Shown here: piece after piece, positions 38,954 to 49,614 of the stretch
Layout: every line of letters starts with the position of its first letter
Numbering within the stretch: position 1 is the first letter of the stretch
The notes under the pieces: model-generated
Database searches by the model: none
What the model saw: only the letters and a program-made list of their open reading frames with translations
Told to the model about the DNA's origin: nothing
Virus record (IMG/VR): IMGVR_UViG_3300028859_000017
Span: 1-64,000 of that record
Length of the DNA stretch: 64,000 nucleotides
Reading direction: 5' to 3' (one strand)
DNA from: a virus
Translations under genes and position numbers: made by a program

Positions 38954-39802
38954 TTAACCTAAATAAATCTCATAATCTAAAGCACTTGACTCTTTTGATT
39001 CAGTTACAACTTCTTTTTCTTGCTTTTTAGTTGCCAGATTTTCGGCAATTACTTTAAGTTTATTACGCTGTGGTGTGACTTCTACAGGCTTATCTACTAC
39101 ACTCTCAGTTACAACTACTTCTGGTTTCTGAGTAGCTTCTACTTCACGTTCCTTTAAAGCCTGTTTAGCAGCTTCAAGACATTTCTTTCCTTCTTCTAAA
39201 TTCTTTGGTTCCATCTTAGTAACTGTTTCATAAAGTAAAGCAATTTTTTCAGTTGGGTAGCCAGAGCATTCTGAGACAACTAGTGAATGTAAATCACCAA
39301 TTAATGCTTTTGCTTCTAATACCTTAATCTTTTTAAGGGACTCGTTAAGCTTATTCTTCATACTATCAAGGTCTGCTTGATTCTTTCCTTCTAGCTCATT
39401 TATGTTTATAAAGGGAGCCATTTCACTAACTGCCTTTGAGAAAGCTTCTTGAATTTTAGTAGATGTATTGGTAGCCTTAACATCTTCTTCTATAGCTTTA
39501 GTAATCTTTTTAACAGATTCATTCATGAATTCGTAAACTTCTTTACCAAGCTTCTTCTTGGCTTCATTAAACTTAGCTTCATAAAAATCCTTTAGCTTAG
39601 TCTCATAAAGATTAGATTTAGCTAAGATAGTCTTCTTAAAAATAAAGGCTTCCTTTTCAAAGGACTTCTTCTGTTCTACTAATTTAGTTTTTTCAGTGTC
39701 TAATTCTGCCTTTGATTCTGCTATAGCTGCCTGAATCTGCTCTTCAATAATCTGATGAACATCAGCATTTGCTAATAGTTCTTTAATCTGCTTCATATTC
39801 AT
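38954..39802 (-). CDS. Prohead scaffold protein (gp22-like)
   Basis: Coiled-coil, E/K-rich, multiple VTE|S and LNE|S sites; between protease and capsid genes. Confidence 0.8.
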   Translation of the reverse strand: MNMKQIKELLANADVHQIIEEQIQAAIAESKAELDTEKTKLVEQKKSFEKEAFIFKKTILAKSNLYETKLKDFYEAKFNEAKKKLGKEVYEFMNESVKKITKAIEEDVKATNTSTKIQEAFSKAVSEMAPFININELEGKNQADLDSMKNKLNESLKKIKVLEAKALIGDLHSLVVSECSGYPTEKIALLYETVTKMEPKNLEEGKKCLEAAKQALKEREVEATQKPEVVVTESVVDKPVEVTPQRNKLKVIAENLATKKQEKEVVTESKESSALDYEIYLG

Positions 39803-39825
39803 ATTTATTCACCTATATAAAATAA

Positions 39826-40452
39826 TTACTTACTTCTGAACATATCCCGTAAATCATCGATAAACTTTTTGCGCTCTAACTCATATTCTAACTTACGTTT
39901 AAAATCTAAACCTTCATTTACTGGTTGTATAAATGCTTTTTGTGTAGATGGGTCATGTACTGCATCAAAAGTGACAAGCTTATACTCATCTACAACGGTA
40001 CTGTCATAACCCTCAGTAACTGAACCAAAACCTCTACTAGAAATACCGACAGTACAGTTATTTCTAATTAAAGCTCCTAACATTCTTCCTGAAGGGGTTC
40101 CTGCTGGGCCTGGGTCATCGAAAACTACTGCCTCACCTATTAAATCATTACCAGAAAATTTTAAATTTGTAATTACATGACTTACATTTTTTAAAGACAC
40201 AGTAGGAGATTGGTTTTCTGGGTGGTCCATCTCGCCCAACATATTGCGTGACATTAAGCTTTCACTAGCTTCTTGAATTGCTTTATCTAAAACTTTGTAT
40301 GGATAAACACGTCCATTTTGATTTTTAGAGTCTGCTCTTTGAAATACACCTCTAAATTTAAGGCATTTCCAAGATGAATTTGAGTTTAGCTTTTCTTCTA
40401 AGAGCTCAAAGCCTTTTGTTGAAGAGGTTACTTCGATTAATGGATTATACAT
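39826..40452 (-). CDS. gp21: Prohead core protease
   Basis: NQNGRVYP, LGEMDHP, GISSRGFGS, FDAVHDPS. Confidence 0.95.
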   Translation of the reverse strand: MYNPLIEVTSSTKGFELLEEKLNSNSSWKCLKFRGVFQRADSKNQNGRVYPYKVLDKAIQEASESLMSRNMLGEMDHPENQSPTVSLKNVSHVITNLKFSGNDLIGEAVVFDDPGPAGTPSGRMLGALIRNNCTVGISSRGFGSVTEGYDSTVVDEYKLVTFDAVHDPSTQKAFIQPVNEGLDFKRKLEYELERKKFIDDLRDMFRSK

Positions 40453-40498
40453 TTACTGTCTCTTTCCCACAACTCATATTTCGTGCCTATTATTTATA

Positions 40499-41764
40499 TT
40501 ATATCCCAGGACCTTGCTTTTCTTGTGTCTCTTCATACCCTGGGAGTGTTTGTGGCTCTACACCTGGAACACCTTGGTCTTCAGGAGTATTTTCGGGCTC
40601 TTCAACAGATTCAGGATTTTCGCCACCATCATCTGCCTTTAGTTCGACTTCTTCAGCACCTAAATCTTGTTCTGGAGTATATAAATCAGAATCTAAGAAG
40701 GTTGAAATTATAGGATTCCATCGAGCCTCTATATCAGATAGTTCATCATCTGCTAGGTCAGGCTTATTTAATATATCTAAATCTGTTTTTAGTCTATCAT
40801 CTAAATCTGCTGATATATTAAGATTTTCACTATTATTTGCTTCACGACTAACAAAGGAGGACATACCATCTAATATGGAAGTTAATATATCTTTATGGAG
40901 CTGTTTAACTTCTTCATCACTTAGATTTTCAGGAGAAAACTCTTCAAAATCCTTTTTACCTTCGTCATCTGGAAAATCTGTTTCTATGTCTTCTGGAGAA
41001 TTATAATCTTCATCAGAAACACTATCAGAATCTTCAGAAGGAAATTTTCCATCATCAAGGCTATAATCATTATCCATAGCCTGTTTAATATCTTCATTTA
41101 CTTCATTTAATGTTTTAGCAGTCTCAAAAAGCTTTTCTGTAATACTTTCTGAACGTTCCTTATTACCAAGCAAAGCATCCTCAATTATAGAAACTACCTT
41201 GTCTTTACCTAAAAATAATACTGGGCCACAGGACTCTATAATAGAAGTATAATCTGATAAATCTAAGTCTTCAGCCTCACTTAAGGTAACTAAAGAAAAA
41301 ATGTCGGATTTAAATTCATTAATTAAAGAATTTCCAGATTTACGTAGTTTAAAACCAGGAGCCTTCTTAATGAGATTTTCTGTGAAGGTTTCTGGAAATC
41401 GTCTCTTGAGTAGCTGATATTGATAAAACTCTTCGCAAAACTTATTTAGGTCATCTTCAGCAGATACATAGTCTTCTTCTACTAAATTATCAATAAGCTT
41501 TATTACCTGCTCTTTAAGTTCTTTATCAGTTTGCTTAGCTGATACATAGATAACTTCATTATCTAATATATCTTCAGCAGTCATCTTAGATTCTGATAAA
41601 TTGTGCTTAAACTTAGCCAATACTAGATAATTATTTTTTTGAAATAGCACGGAATCATCAGTATACTCAAGAATAGAGCAATCCTCAGTTAAAAGGTTAT
41701 GAAGCTTTTCCTCTAGAGCTCTATTTCCACTCTTTAATATAGATGTTAAAGTTTTTAAACTCAT
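40499..41764 (-). CDS. Prohead core / internal head protein
   Basis: 421 aa acidic, many LxE sites, between portal and protease. Confidence 0.55.
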   Translation of the reverse strand: MSLKTLTSILKSGNRALEEKLHNLLTEDCSILEYTDDSVLFQKNNYLVLAKFKHNLSESKMTAEDILDNEVIYVSAKQTDKELKEQVIKLIDNLVEEDYVSAEDDLNKFCEEFYQYQLLKRRFPETFTENLIKKAPGFKLRKSGNSLINEFKSDIFSLVTLSEAEDLDLSDYTSIIESCGPVLFLGKDKVVSIIEDALLGNKERSESITEKLFETAKTLNEVNEDIKQAMDNDYSLDDGKFPSEDSDSVSDEDYNSPEDIETDFPDDEGKKDFEEFSPENLSDEEVKQLHKDILTSILDGMSSFVSREANNSENLNISADLDDRLKTDLDILNKPDLADDELSDIEARWNPIISTFLDSDLYTPEQDLGAEEVELKADDGGENPESVEEPENTPEDQGVPGVEPQTLPGYEETQEKQGPGI

Positions 41765-41814
41765 ATAAATATGCCTTTTTAAGTATCTGCTTACAAATTA
41801 ATTATATAATTTTA

Positions 41815-43737
41815 TTATTTAAAAATCTCTTCTGGTTCTGTTAATTTAGCTATCTTTTTTTCAGTTAGTGATACGGTACATCTAGAAGAGTCAGTCAATC
41901 CTACTAGACCTTCTTTTCTAATACTTTCCTGTAATGATAAAAGCTCTCTTGAATACCGTTTAACTTCACAAATAATATTCTCAGTTTCTATAAGTAAATC
42001 TCCTAAATGCCTTCTATTTTGTAATAGGGGCACTCCACCTACTTGTTCCATACCTTGCTGACCTCCCTGTACTTCTGGAGCCATTTCTTGACCTTGCTGA
42101 GGCATTTCTGGAGGAGCTTCCATTCCACCACCCATTGCTGAACCTAAATCACCACCCATTGGCATTCCTCCACCCATAGCACCTTCACCACCTTGTTGAG
42201 GAGCTGTTGGGTCTATCTCAAACATTTTTTCTATCTCTGAATCTGTTTTATGTAGTATATGTTTAGCAACCCAACGACGATTAACTCCAAAACCAGTATA
42301 ACTACTAGCTAAGTTTAATAACTCACTCTCAACTTCTATTCTGGCCTTTTCTTCAACATAAGAGGGTCTGGACATTACTAAACTGAAGGACTTTAAATCA
42401 GCCTTCTCTTGTATGCCCTTAATAGCTAAATGAATTATACATAAATCTTTAATAGCCTCTAAATAATCTTCTTGTATATTCTGAATAGCCTTACTAAATG
42501 TCACATTCTGCTGAGATAACATGCCCTTAGAAGACACATCACCCTCATAACCAAGGAAAGATTTAGGAACTTTAAGAGCAGCAAATAACCTATTATTAAG
42601 AAAAGACACATCTTCTATTTCACCAACATTTGCTACACCCTGTAATTGTTCTACTTTAGTTGCTCCATTCTTCTGTATTGGAATGTAAAGATTAGCATTC
42701 ATATCAAGTAGCTGATAACGCTCATTAAGTTTACCAGTTGGGTCAAAATATTCTTTTTTAGCTAAGGCATTTATCTGCTTCTTAACTATGTTTTCAGCAT
42801 CAGCACCTTGGGCATTACCTACATCAACATAAAATACCAGCCTAGTTGGAGCTCTATTAAGTCTATAAATAATAAGAGAATCAAAAAGTAAATCTAATTT
42901 CTTCCAAGTATCAACTGCAGTATCGAGAGGTGAACATCCATAGGGCGCGAAAAGACCACTTCCACGAAGTTTAAAATGAAGCATCTCATATTTAAGAAAT
43001 GTAATCAGAGAAGATTCGTTTTCCTTATTGGCACTATCACCAGTCATATAGGGCAATGACAAGGTATTAAGATTTATATATGGATTTGTGGTGGTTGAAC
43101 TAACATTAGCATTTTGTACTGCTGATTTAAGAACATCTAAATCCTGAACATATCCTATTAAAATTCCTTTTTCCTCTAAACGATACACAGAAATAGCATC
43201 AAGTTCCTTAATTCCTGTCACACCAGCTACAGAATCTAATTTAAGAGCAGTAAAGTGGTCACCATACTTAACCATATTACGTATAATAGACCAACTTAAA
43301 TAGTTATTTATACCAGTAGTCTCTAATAATTCTGATAATTCATCCTCTATATATTTTGAAGATGAATGAACACCTATAACTTTACCATCCTGATTCTTCT
43401 GGGTAGCTTCATTAGCATATACATCCAAAGCAGAAGCTATTAAATCAGAATCCATCCGATCGTAGGTCGCATATCTTGCATGTCGTAAAGTCTCTCTTTC
43501 CAGATACTTGTGGTAATTTTTTCCAAGCGAGTCCTCGGCGAAAATTGAACCTCTTCCAAGTCCCTTTTTTGAGATTACTGTGGGCTCAACCATAGGCTTA
43601 GCTGCTAATTCTCTATTAGTAGTAGATAGAGCTTTTTCTATAGAGCTTCTAGCATTAAACTCATTAGGTTTTGAATTACTAAAAATCCTACCTAGAGCAG
43701 TAAATATATTCTTTAGCTTAGATTCATCATTTGCCAT
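41815..43737 (-). CDS. gp20: Portal protein
   Basis: IASALDVYANE, IYRLNRAPTRLVFYVDVGN, LFAALKVPKSFL. Confidence 0.95.
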   Translation of the reverse strand: MANDESKLKNIFTALGRIFSNSKPNEFNARSSIEKALSTTNRELAAKPMVEPTVISKKGLGRGSIFAEDSLGKNYHKYLERETLRHARYATYDRMDSDLIASALDVYANEATQKNQDGKVIGVHSSSKYIEDELSELLETTGINNYLSWSIIRNMVKYGDHFTALKLDSVAGVTGIKELDAISVYRLEEKGILIGYVQDLDVLKSAVQNANVSSTTTNPYINLNTLSLPYMTGDSANKENESSLITFLKYEMLHFKLRGSGLFAPYGCSPLDTAVDTWKKLDLLFDSLIIYRLNRAPTRLVFYVDVGNAQGADAENIVKKQINALAKKEYFDPTGKLNERYQLLDMNANLYIPIQKNGATKVEQLQGVANVGEIEDVSFLNNRLFAALKVPKSFLGYEGDVSSKGMLSQQNVTFSKAIQNIQEDYLEAIKDLCIIHLAIKGIQEKADLKSFSLVMSRPSYVEEKARIEVESELLNLASSYTGFGVNRRWVAKHILHKTDSEIEKMFEIDPTAPQQGGEGAMGGGMPMGGDLGSAMGGGMEAPPEMPQQGQEMAPEVQGGQQGMEQVGGVPLLQNRRHLGDLLIETENIICEVKRYSRELLSLQESIRKEGLVGLTDSSRCTVSLTEKKIAKLTEPEEIFK

Positions 43738-43741
43738 AAAA

Positions 43742-44839
43742 TTAATTCCTTGATTTTACTTGCTCTAATAACTTTTCTGCCAATTCTTCATCATAGAGTT
43801 TTGATACTCCTTTATGAGTTTTATATAAGTGACATGTTCTACACACTATTATTAGATTGTCCAAGTCCTTTATTTTTTCTGGAGCCACACTTTTGGGAAT
43901 TATATGGTGACATTCTAACCTATTAGCTGTTGTATCCTGACAACCACATAATTGACATTTATAATTATCTCTCTCAAGTACTTGTGGCTTTAAAACTCTT
44001 GACACATACCAGGCTATGCTTATATTATTTTTATAATTAATATCTATCTTACATCTACTTGTAGTATATTCAGTGGCTTTTTGTATAATTTCCTTTTTAT
44101 GCTCTTTATAATACTTAGAATACCATACTTTATGTTGCTTTATTATGGCTTCTTTATGTTCTTCGTTATAAGTTTTTTGATACTCTTTTATTCTTTCTAA
44201 ATTATTTAATTTATATATTTTATTGGCTAAGCTTACTTTTTCTTTATTTATTTCTACATAAACTTTCTTTTTTAACTGTAATTCCTTTATATGAGTTTTA
44301 TAATATACTCTAGTATACTCTTTTATTTGTTCTGAATGAGCTAACCTATATATTTTTTTCTTCTGTAAAATAATAGACCTATTATCATTACGATATTTCC
44401 TATTATAAACTTGTCTACATTCATTACAATAGTGATATAATCCATTCTTTACTGCTTTATCTTCAGCAAAATAGGTTTTATTTTTTTCTACTCCACAGAT
44501 AGAGCATTTTTGAACCTCAGTAACTACAGCATCTACTCTTAGTTTGTTTTGTTTTTGATACAAAGATACCTTAGTTTTATTACATTCCTTACAAATTACA
44601 CTATATCCATCTTTTTTATATTTATCCTTGGCAAATTCTTTTACATTTTTTTCTATATTACATTTAGTACATTGCTTAACTGTAATTTCCTTATTTACAA
44701 TACTACAGCCATAAGTTTTAGAGTATTCTTTTACACACACCTTACACCAAATCTGTAAGCTATCTTTTGTTTTGGAATGCCTACCAAAAAAACTAGTATC
44801 CTTCTCAATACCACATTTTGAACATGTTTTTACTGGCAT
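43742..44839 (-). CDS. HNH homing endonuclease with CxxC repeats
   Basis: Three CxxC..K....F...CxxC units; VLERDNYKCQLC...ECHHIIP...NLIIVCRTCH; ATG at 44839 preferred because the promoter overlaps the track start at 44860. Confidence 0.85.
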   Translation of the reverse strand: MPVKTCSKCGIEKDTSFFGRHSKTKDSLQIWCKVCVKEYSKTYGCSIVNKEITVKQCTKCNIEKNVKEFAKDKYKKDGYSVICKECNKTKVSLYQKQNKLRVDAVVTEVQKCSICGVEKNKTYFAEDKAVKNGLYHYCNECRQVYNRKYRNDNRSIILQKKKIYRLAHSEQIKEYTRVYYKTHIKELQLKKKVYVEINKEKVSLANKIYKLNNLERIKEYQKTYNEEHKEAIIKQHKVWYSKYYKEHKKEIIQKATEYTTSRCKIDINYKNNISIAWYVSRVLKPQVLERDNYKCQLCGCQDTTANRLECHHIIPKSVAPEKIKDLDNLIIVCRTCHLYKTHKGVSKLYDEELAEKLLEQVKSRN

Positions 44840-44859
44840 ATCACATACCTCTACATACA

Positions 44860-44886
44860 ATATCGGTAAATCCTATTCATACTGTA
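44860..44886 (-). promoter_or_regulatory. sigma28-like promoter
   Basis: TACA-N15-ACCGATAT. Confidence 0.7.
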
Positions 44887-44887
44887 G

Positions 44888-46867
44888 CTATCTATTACGA
44901 TTACTGAAGAAATTATTATGCATTTCTGTGAGGGCTCTAAATTCCTCACTAAATATGTCATCTACTGAAAACTTTCTAGCTGTTGGAATAAGTGATATAC
45001 TCTCTGCTAAACTATAACTATTATCAAGTATTAAGCCTCCCATATTACCTATGAGGTCCTCTGCTGCTCTTTCACGTTCCCATTGCTCTACAGGATGTTG
45101 AAGGTCTAAATCCTCTACTCCAGTACCATCATATTCACCAGATTTTATTTTGTGATATAATATAAGTCTACTCTCCAACATATCCTTAGATATACCCATC
45201 TTATTAGAATGATACTCTAAATACTCATCACTATATCTGCCATTCATAAGAGAAGAACTAGCATCATATATTACATTAGAGTCTTCTTGAGGTCTATGAA
45301 TATGTTCTTTTGGTGTTAGAGAAACAACAGCTAATGATAGAGCCAATACAGCATCATCATTACCGTGCTTAGCTTCCATTTTTCTAGAGCCATCAGAATA
45401 TATGGCACCAGCTGTAAAATTCTGCATTTGTAATTGTAATCTAGAACTATGTAAATTAGAGGCATTGGCTGTATTATTATAAAATAATAATAACTTTTCT
45501 ATAAGTAAAGACCTAGTTGCTCTATTAGTCTGAAATCCTGGAGTTCCTTTAATTGGATCATACCATATATTATTATATCTTTTTTGTTCTAATAAATAAA
45601 ATACCATTTCTGAATAAGAGTTAGCTTCTATAACTAATATAGCATTATTGTAGTGTCTACCAGCACGTATTAGAATATCTACAAATACTTCAGTTGGTAA
45701 TTTTCCAATATATTCAGCACATTGTTCATAAGTATCTTGGTCGATAACTTGGAAACTAGTATAATCCTTTGCTGTAGGTTTATTAGAGGCACAATCTACC
45801 CCTATTATATATTTTCTATTTTGTTCTGCTTTTTTCCATACAAGAAAAGTATCCTCATAAGTAGCTCCACCATATATTTGATTTAATATAGGCACATTAT
45901 AATTTATAGCTGCTAATGCTTTTACATCAAATAATGAAAATAAATTTACCTGGAAAGCACAAAGATACTCTTGTTTAAACTTCTCTTCATTACCATTATC
46001 AAGTCTAATCTGGTCCTGTCTAAAGTTAGGATTCTTTGTAAATATAGATGAAACTGTCCAAGGTAATTCAAATAACTTCCAATTAGTCTCTCCAGGTTTA
46101 TTTAAAGTTTTATTTGCTTGAGCAGTTGATACAGTTCTATAAAACCAATTTTCTGGTGAATTACCATTAGGAGTACTAATAGCAATAAGTTTACCATCAG
46201 AAGCAGCCACAGTAGGACCAATAGCTTTCACAACTTCATCACAATCCTTGACGAAAGCTGCTTCATCAAGTAATACAAGAGTGGCAGAGAACGAACGAGC
46301 AGCATTGGCATTTGAAGTAATGGCTTTTATTCTGGATTTAGTATCAAATTCTACTTCACTTTTACTATATAAAGTACAAGAAGGCTTTAGCCACTCAGGG
46401 AGAAACTCGTAAGCTGTTTTAAGCTTTACAATAAACTCTTCTGCTGATTCTCTTCTATGGGCAACAATTAAACATCTTTTACCAGTTGAAAATATAGAAA
46501 ACCAAAGAGCATAAAACATTAGAGATGTAGAAACACCTAACTGTCTTGCCTTTACAGTAATGACATATTTTTCATCAACAAAGGCTCTTAATAAAGTTCT
46601 CTGATATGGCTCCAAAACCATAGGGATTATGCCAGCCCCACCCGGACCGGTTATAAATCCATAAGTATTAGCAAAATATTCAATACTTTCAATACATTTC
46701 TTACGTTCTGTCTCAATATATTCTATTAAACAAGCCTTAATCTCATCTTCATTCTTGCCTTCAACTCTCCAATGCTTTATAAGTCTCTGTGGCTCATAGG
46801 AAATATGATGCTTGTCTTCAACTTCATGCTGATATTTCTTTGCTAAAACTTTTTTACCTGATGCCAT
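44888..46867 (-). CDS. gp17: Terminase large subunit
   Basis: KARQLGVST, LLDEAAF, ISTPNG, IGVDCA, NDDAVLA. Confidence 0.95.
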   Translation of the reverse strand: MASGKKVLAKKYQHEVEDKHHISYEPQRLIKHWRVEGKNEDEIKACLIEYIETERKKCIESIEYFANTYGFITGPGGAGIIPMVLEPYQRTLLRAFVDEKYVITVKARQLGVSTSLMFYALWFSIFSTGKRCLIVAHRRESAEEFIVKLKTAYEFLPEWLKPSCTLYSKSEVEFDTKSRIKAITSNANAARSFSATLVLLDEAAFVKDCDEVVKAIGPTVAASDGKLIAISTPNGNSPENWFYRTVSTAQANKTLNKPGETNWKLFELPWTVSSIFTKNPNFRQDQIRLDNGNEEKFKQEYLCAFQVNLFSLFDVKALAAINYNVPILNQIYGGATYEDTFLVWKKAEQNRKYIIGVDCASNKPTAKDYTSFQVIDQDTYEQCAEYIGKLPTEVFVDILIRAGRHYNNAILVIEANSYSEMVFYLLEQKRYNNIWYDPIKGTPGFQTNRATRSLLIEKLLLFYNNTANASNLHSSRLQLQMQNFTAGAIYSDGSRKMEAKHGNDDAVLALSLAVVSLTPKEHIHRPQEDSNVIYDASSSLMNGRYSDEYLEYHSNKMGISKDMLESRLILYHKIKSGEYDGTGVEDLDLQHPVEQWERERAAEDLIGNMGGLILDNSYSLAESISLIPTARKFSVDDIFSEEFRALTEMHNNFFSNRNR

Positions 46868-46868
46868 A

Positions 46869-47762
46869 TTATCTACCTATTATATCACTTATATCACTTA
46901 TATAACTCTCTAAATTTTTCTCTTCTGTATAGGGTATTATGATTAGTTTTATATTATTCTCTTTGGCATATATCACTTTATCCATATCACGTTGTTTAGC
47001 TTTTAAATGCTGTTCTTCTGTTTTTTGAAAAAAATTTGGAAATATATAGTGCTGATAACCATGATACTCAAATGCTATTTTATGTTCTTCATTATAACCA
47101 TCCCATTGATATCTATGTTTATTATATTTAAAATTAGTCTTTATAAATTTAATATTTAGTTTTTGTTCTAATAACTCTTTACATTTATACTCTGTCTTAA
47201 AAGAGGCACATTCAGGACACCATTGCCTTTGATCCTTTATAGCATGCCATATAGCATGCCATATAGCATGCCATTGATGACCCTCTTTACATTCCCATAG
47301 CATTTTAGTATTATTGTTTATATAAACAGAGTCTAAACATTTTCCATTTCTTGATTTAGCATAATTACAGCACTCAGAAATATCGGATTTAACATTCCCG
47401 CAGCAATATGGGCACCAAGTATTATCTGAGTTAACTACATGCCAACAAGAAAACCATGAGTGACCACTACTACATTCCCACTCCATCTTAGCTTTATTAT
47501 TGGTGTAGTTAGTTGACTTCAGTTTTCCTCCTCTAGCTATAGCATAGGCTTGTAAAATCTCTATTGAAGTCCTAACACAACTATTACAAGTAGGACACCA
47601 AGTATTATGAAAGCTTACCTCACTCCAGTTAGCCTTCCACTGATGACCCTTCTCACATTCCCATAACATCTTTGTTCTATTATTTATATAAACAATATCC
47701 AAGCATTTACCATTCTTAGATTTAGCATGCTCTTGACATACCTCTATAGTTCCTCTTCTCAC
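46869..47762 (-). CDS. Zn-ribbon-repeat endonuclease (3 repeats)
   Basis: Same architecture as 33658..34890; inserted between the terminase genes. Confidence 0.8.
   Translation of the reverse strand: MRRGTIEVCQEHAKSKNGKCLDIVYINNRTKMLWECEKGHQWKANWSEVSFHNTWCPTCNSCVRTSIEILQAYAIARGGKLKSTNYTNNKAKMEWECSSGHSWFSCWHVVNSDNTWCPYCCGNVKSDISECCNYAKSRNGKCLDSVYINNNTKMLWECKEGHQWHAIWHAIWHAIKDQRQWCPECASFKTEYKCKELLEQKLNIKFIKTNFKYNKHRYQWDGYNEEHKIAFEYHGYQHYIFPNFFQKTEEQHLKAKQRDMDKVIYAKENNIKLIIIPYTEEKNLESYISDISDIIGR
47239..47274. repeat. Perfect 12-bp tandem repeat x3 encoding WHAI-WHAI-WHAI
   Basis: atagcatgccat three times in a row. Confidence 0.9.
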
Positions 47763-47764
47763 TA

Positions 47765-48295
47765 CTACTCCTCTGATAGCAAATCAGTTATTGACGATTC
47801 CTTTAATGTATTTTTAGTATTTAAATGCTCTGTTTCAAAATCTAAAGAATCTTCAGCATCTATATCAATAGTTGTAAAAGGTAAAGTCTGTTGATGTGAT
47901 TTTTTTTCATTTATAGATTTTTGTGTAGACACTGTAGCCCCTAAAGCCGCTCCCAAACCAATACCAGAGAGTATAGAATCAATATCGGTACCCTGAGACT
48001 TTTTCTTAGTACTAACATCAATACTTTTATCACTAACCAGAGTCTTAAGAATGTCATTACGTTTCTTAAAGGTATCCATTCTAATTTCATAGAATCTAGC
48101 TAAAGCTATTGCTAAAACAGCATCAGTAGATTGTACCACCCTATCTTGGAGAATTTCGACAATAGCATCTAAGTCTGATGAAACTATTTCTAACTCACTA
48201 AGTTGTTTAGCTACTTCATCATCTACTATGTTATTAGTTTTATCTATTCTTGACTCAGTTTTATTCTTCTTTATTTGTGGAGTAGTATCTGACAT
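47765..48295 (-). CDS. Probable terminase small subunit
   Basis: 176 aa helical protein upstream of the large terminase; positional inference. Confidence 0.45.
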   Translation of the reverse strand: MSDTTPQIKKNKTESRIDKTNNIVDDEVAKQLSELEIVSSDLDAIVEILQDRVVQSTDAVLAIALARFYEIRMDTFKKRNDILKTLVSDKSIDVSTKKKSQGTDIDSILSGIGLGAALGATVSTQKSINEKKSHQQTLPFTTIDIDAEDSLDFETEHLNTKNTLKESSITDLLSEE

Positions 48296-48296
48296 C

Positions 48297-49613
48297 TTAT
48301 AACTTTCTAAAAATTGTAATCATTCTAAATCTATGATTAGTAGACTTACACATTCCTATTACAGCCTCTAAACTAAATTCATCCTTTCTATACATTGGAA
48401 GAACTTGGTCTAACCATACAACATAAGTTCCAGATACTAGCCCTCTTCCTAAGGCCTTCATTACTTTATTTCGTTTAATCATAGTAGTTTGATAGTGGTC
48501 ACAATCCTCAACTGAATATGGAGGGTCTGCTAATACTAAATCAAAAGTAGCTAATGGAACATTAAGTAGTGATTGAGCATCGTCTACATAATCAGGATTA
48601 TTAGCTGGATTTATATCTACAGTCTTACCAGGAAATATAACTGTATCAACTTTACCAGAAAACAAATGAAGAACATTCAATTTATCAGGAAAAAGTGCCT
48701 TAATACGTTTTAAATAGCCAGCTGGGTATGAATTATGAGAAGCCAAACCATAGGCTACAAAAGTTTTTGACTCTGTATTCATACCAATAAATTCATGGTC
48801 GGAATTAGTTGGAGTTATACATTTAATTTTAATAACTCCATTTTTTATTGGTAATTTCGAATTTATCCAGCCATTTAACATTCTAATTGGCCTAGTAATT
48901 CCAAGAAGCATTAATGAATCTGAAAAATTGTTAGTTCTTGTTTCACATTGAACTTTGCCAGTTTTTCTGTGCCTCTCTTTAGAAACAAATGGAACTTTAA
49001 GCAATGTCAAAATATCTATTATTTTACTTTGTACTAATCCTGGATTCTGTGTTATATTAATACGAAGCCCCGCGCCGGAATCTAAATTGCCTTCTCCATC
49101 AATAATTCCACCTAACCAACCAGCATCATTACTGTTGTCTACATTATCCCATTGATTACATACCGCTCTAATTAAATCTCCATTTTTAAGCTCATCTGCC
49201 CTTCTCCATGTAGTTCTATTTTTTGGTTTACTATTCCCATTAACTAGCCAAAGATGACTATTACTACAGATAAAATTCCTCCCGTCTTCTAATTCAATTT
49301 TTATTCCCGGTAAAGTTACTGGTCCCACATCAATTACCTTTGTTGGGTATACTGCTCTTTTATTTAAATTAATAATAGTTTCGTCAAATCCAACAAGCAT
49401 ATCACCCGCTTTGACTTTGGACATAGGAATCCATCGTAAATCAGCAGTAAGCACTGGAGCATCTGGTGCCAAACAGCCATAATAATCTTTTCTTGCTTGA
49501 TAGTTATTGCCCATAATCCAAGTCCCTACAACCCTATCATCCTCTCCTATAAATAAAGACTTAGGAAATCCTGTCTCTTTTACATAATTTTCTATTCTTT
49601 CTTCCCAGTTCAT
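48297..49613 (-). CDS. Amino-(N6A/N4C) methyltransferase-like protein interrupted by an intein
   Basis: Exteins contain LHLFSG (SAM-binding motif I-like) and LADPPY; spliced product about 190 aa. Confidence 0.8.
   Translation of the reverse strand: MNWEERIENYVKETGFPKSLFIGEDDRVVGTWIMGNNYQARKDYYGCLAPDAPVLTADLRWIPMSKVKAGDMLVGFDETIINLNKRAVYPTKVIDVGPVTLPGIKIELEDGRNFICSNSHLWLVNGNSKPKNRTTWRRADELKNGDLIRAVCNQWDNVDNSNDAGWLGGIIDGEGNLDSGAGLRINITQNPGLVQSKIIDILTLLKVPFVSKERHRKTGKVQCETRTNNFSDSLMLLGITRPIRMLNGWINSKLPIKNGVIKIKCITPTNSDHEFIGMNTESKTFVAYGLASHNSYPAGYLKRIKALFPDKLNVLHLFSGKVDTVIFPGKTVDINPANNPDYVDDAQSLLNVPLATFDLVLADPPYSVEDCDHYQTTMIKRNKVMKALGRGLVSGTYVVWLDQVLPMYRKDEFSLEAVIGMCKSTNHRFRMITIFRKL
48732..49475 (-). 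mobile_element. Intein (248 aa) with a LAGLIDADG motif
   Basis: G|CLAPDAPVLTADLRW start, CSNSHLW block B, WLGGIIDGEG, FVAYGLASHN|S end. Confidence 0.92.
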
Positions 49614-49614
49614 A

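Noticed and set aside
40374-41006. 210-aa plus-strand ORF
   Set aside because: Antisense shadow of the acidic prohead core gene; Ser/Phe-rich composition and no RBS
2357-48955. Many short plus-strand ORFs (e.g. 2357, 2549, 4300, 20241, 24312, 31091, 34094, 36729)
   Set aside because: All lie antisense within well-supported minus-strand genes
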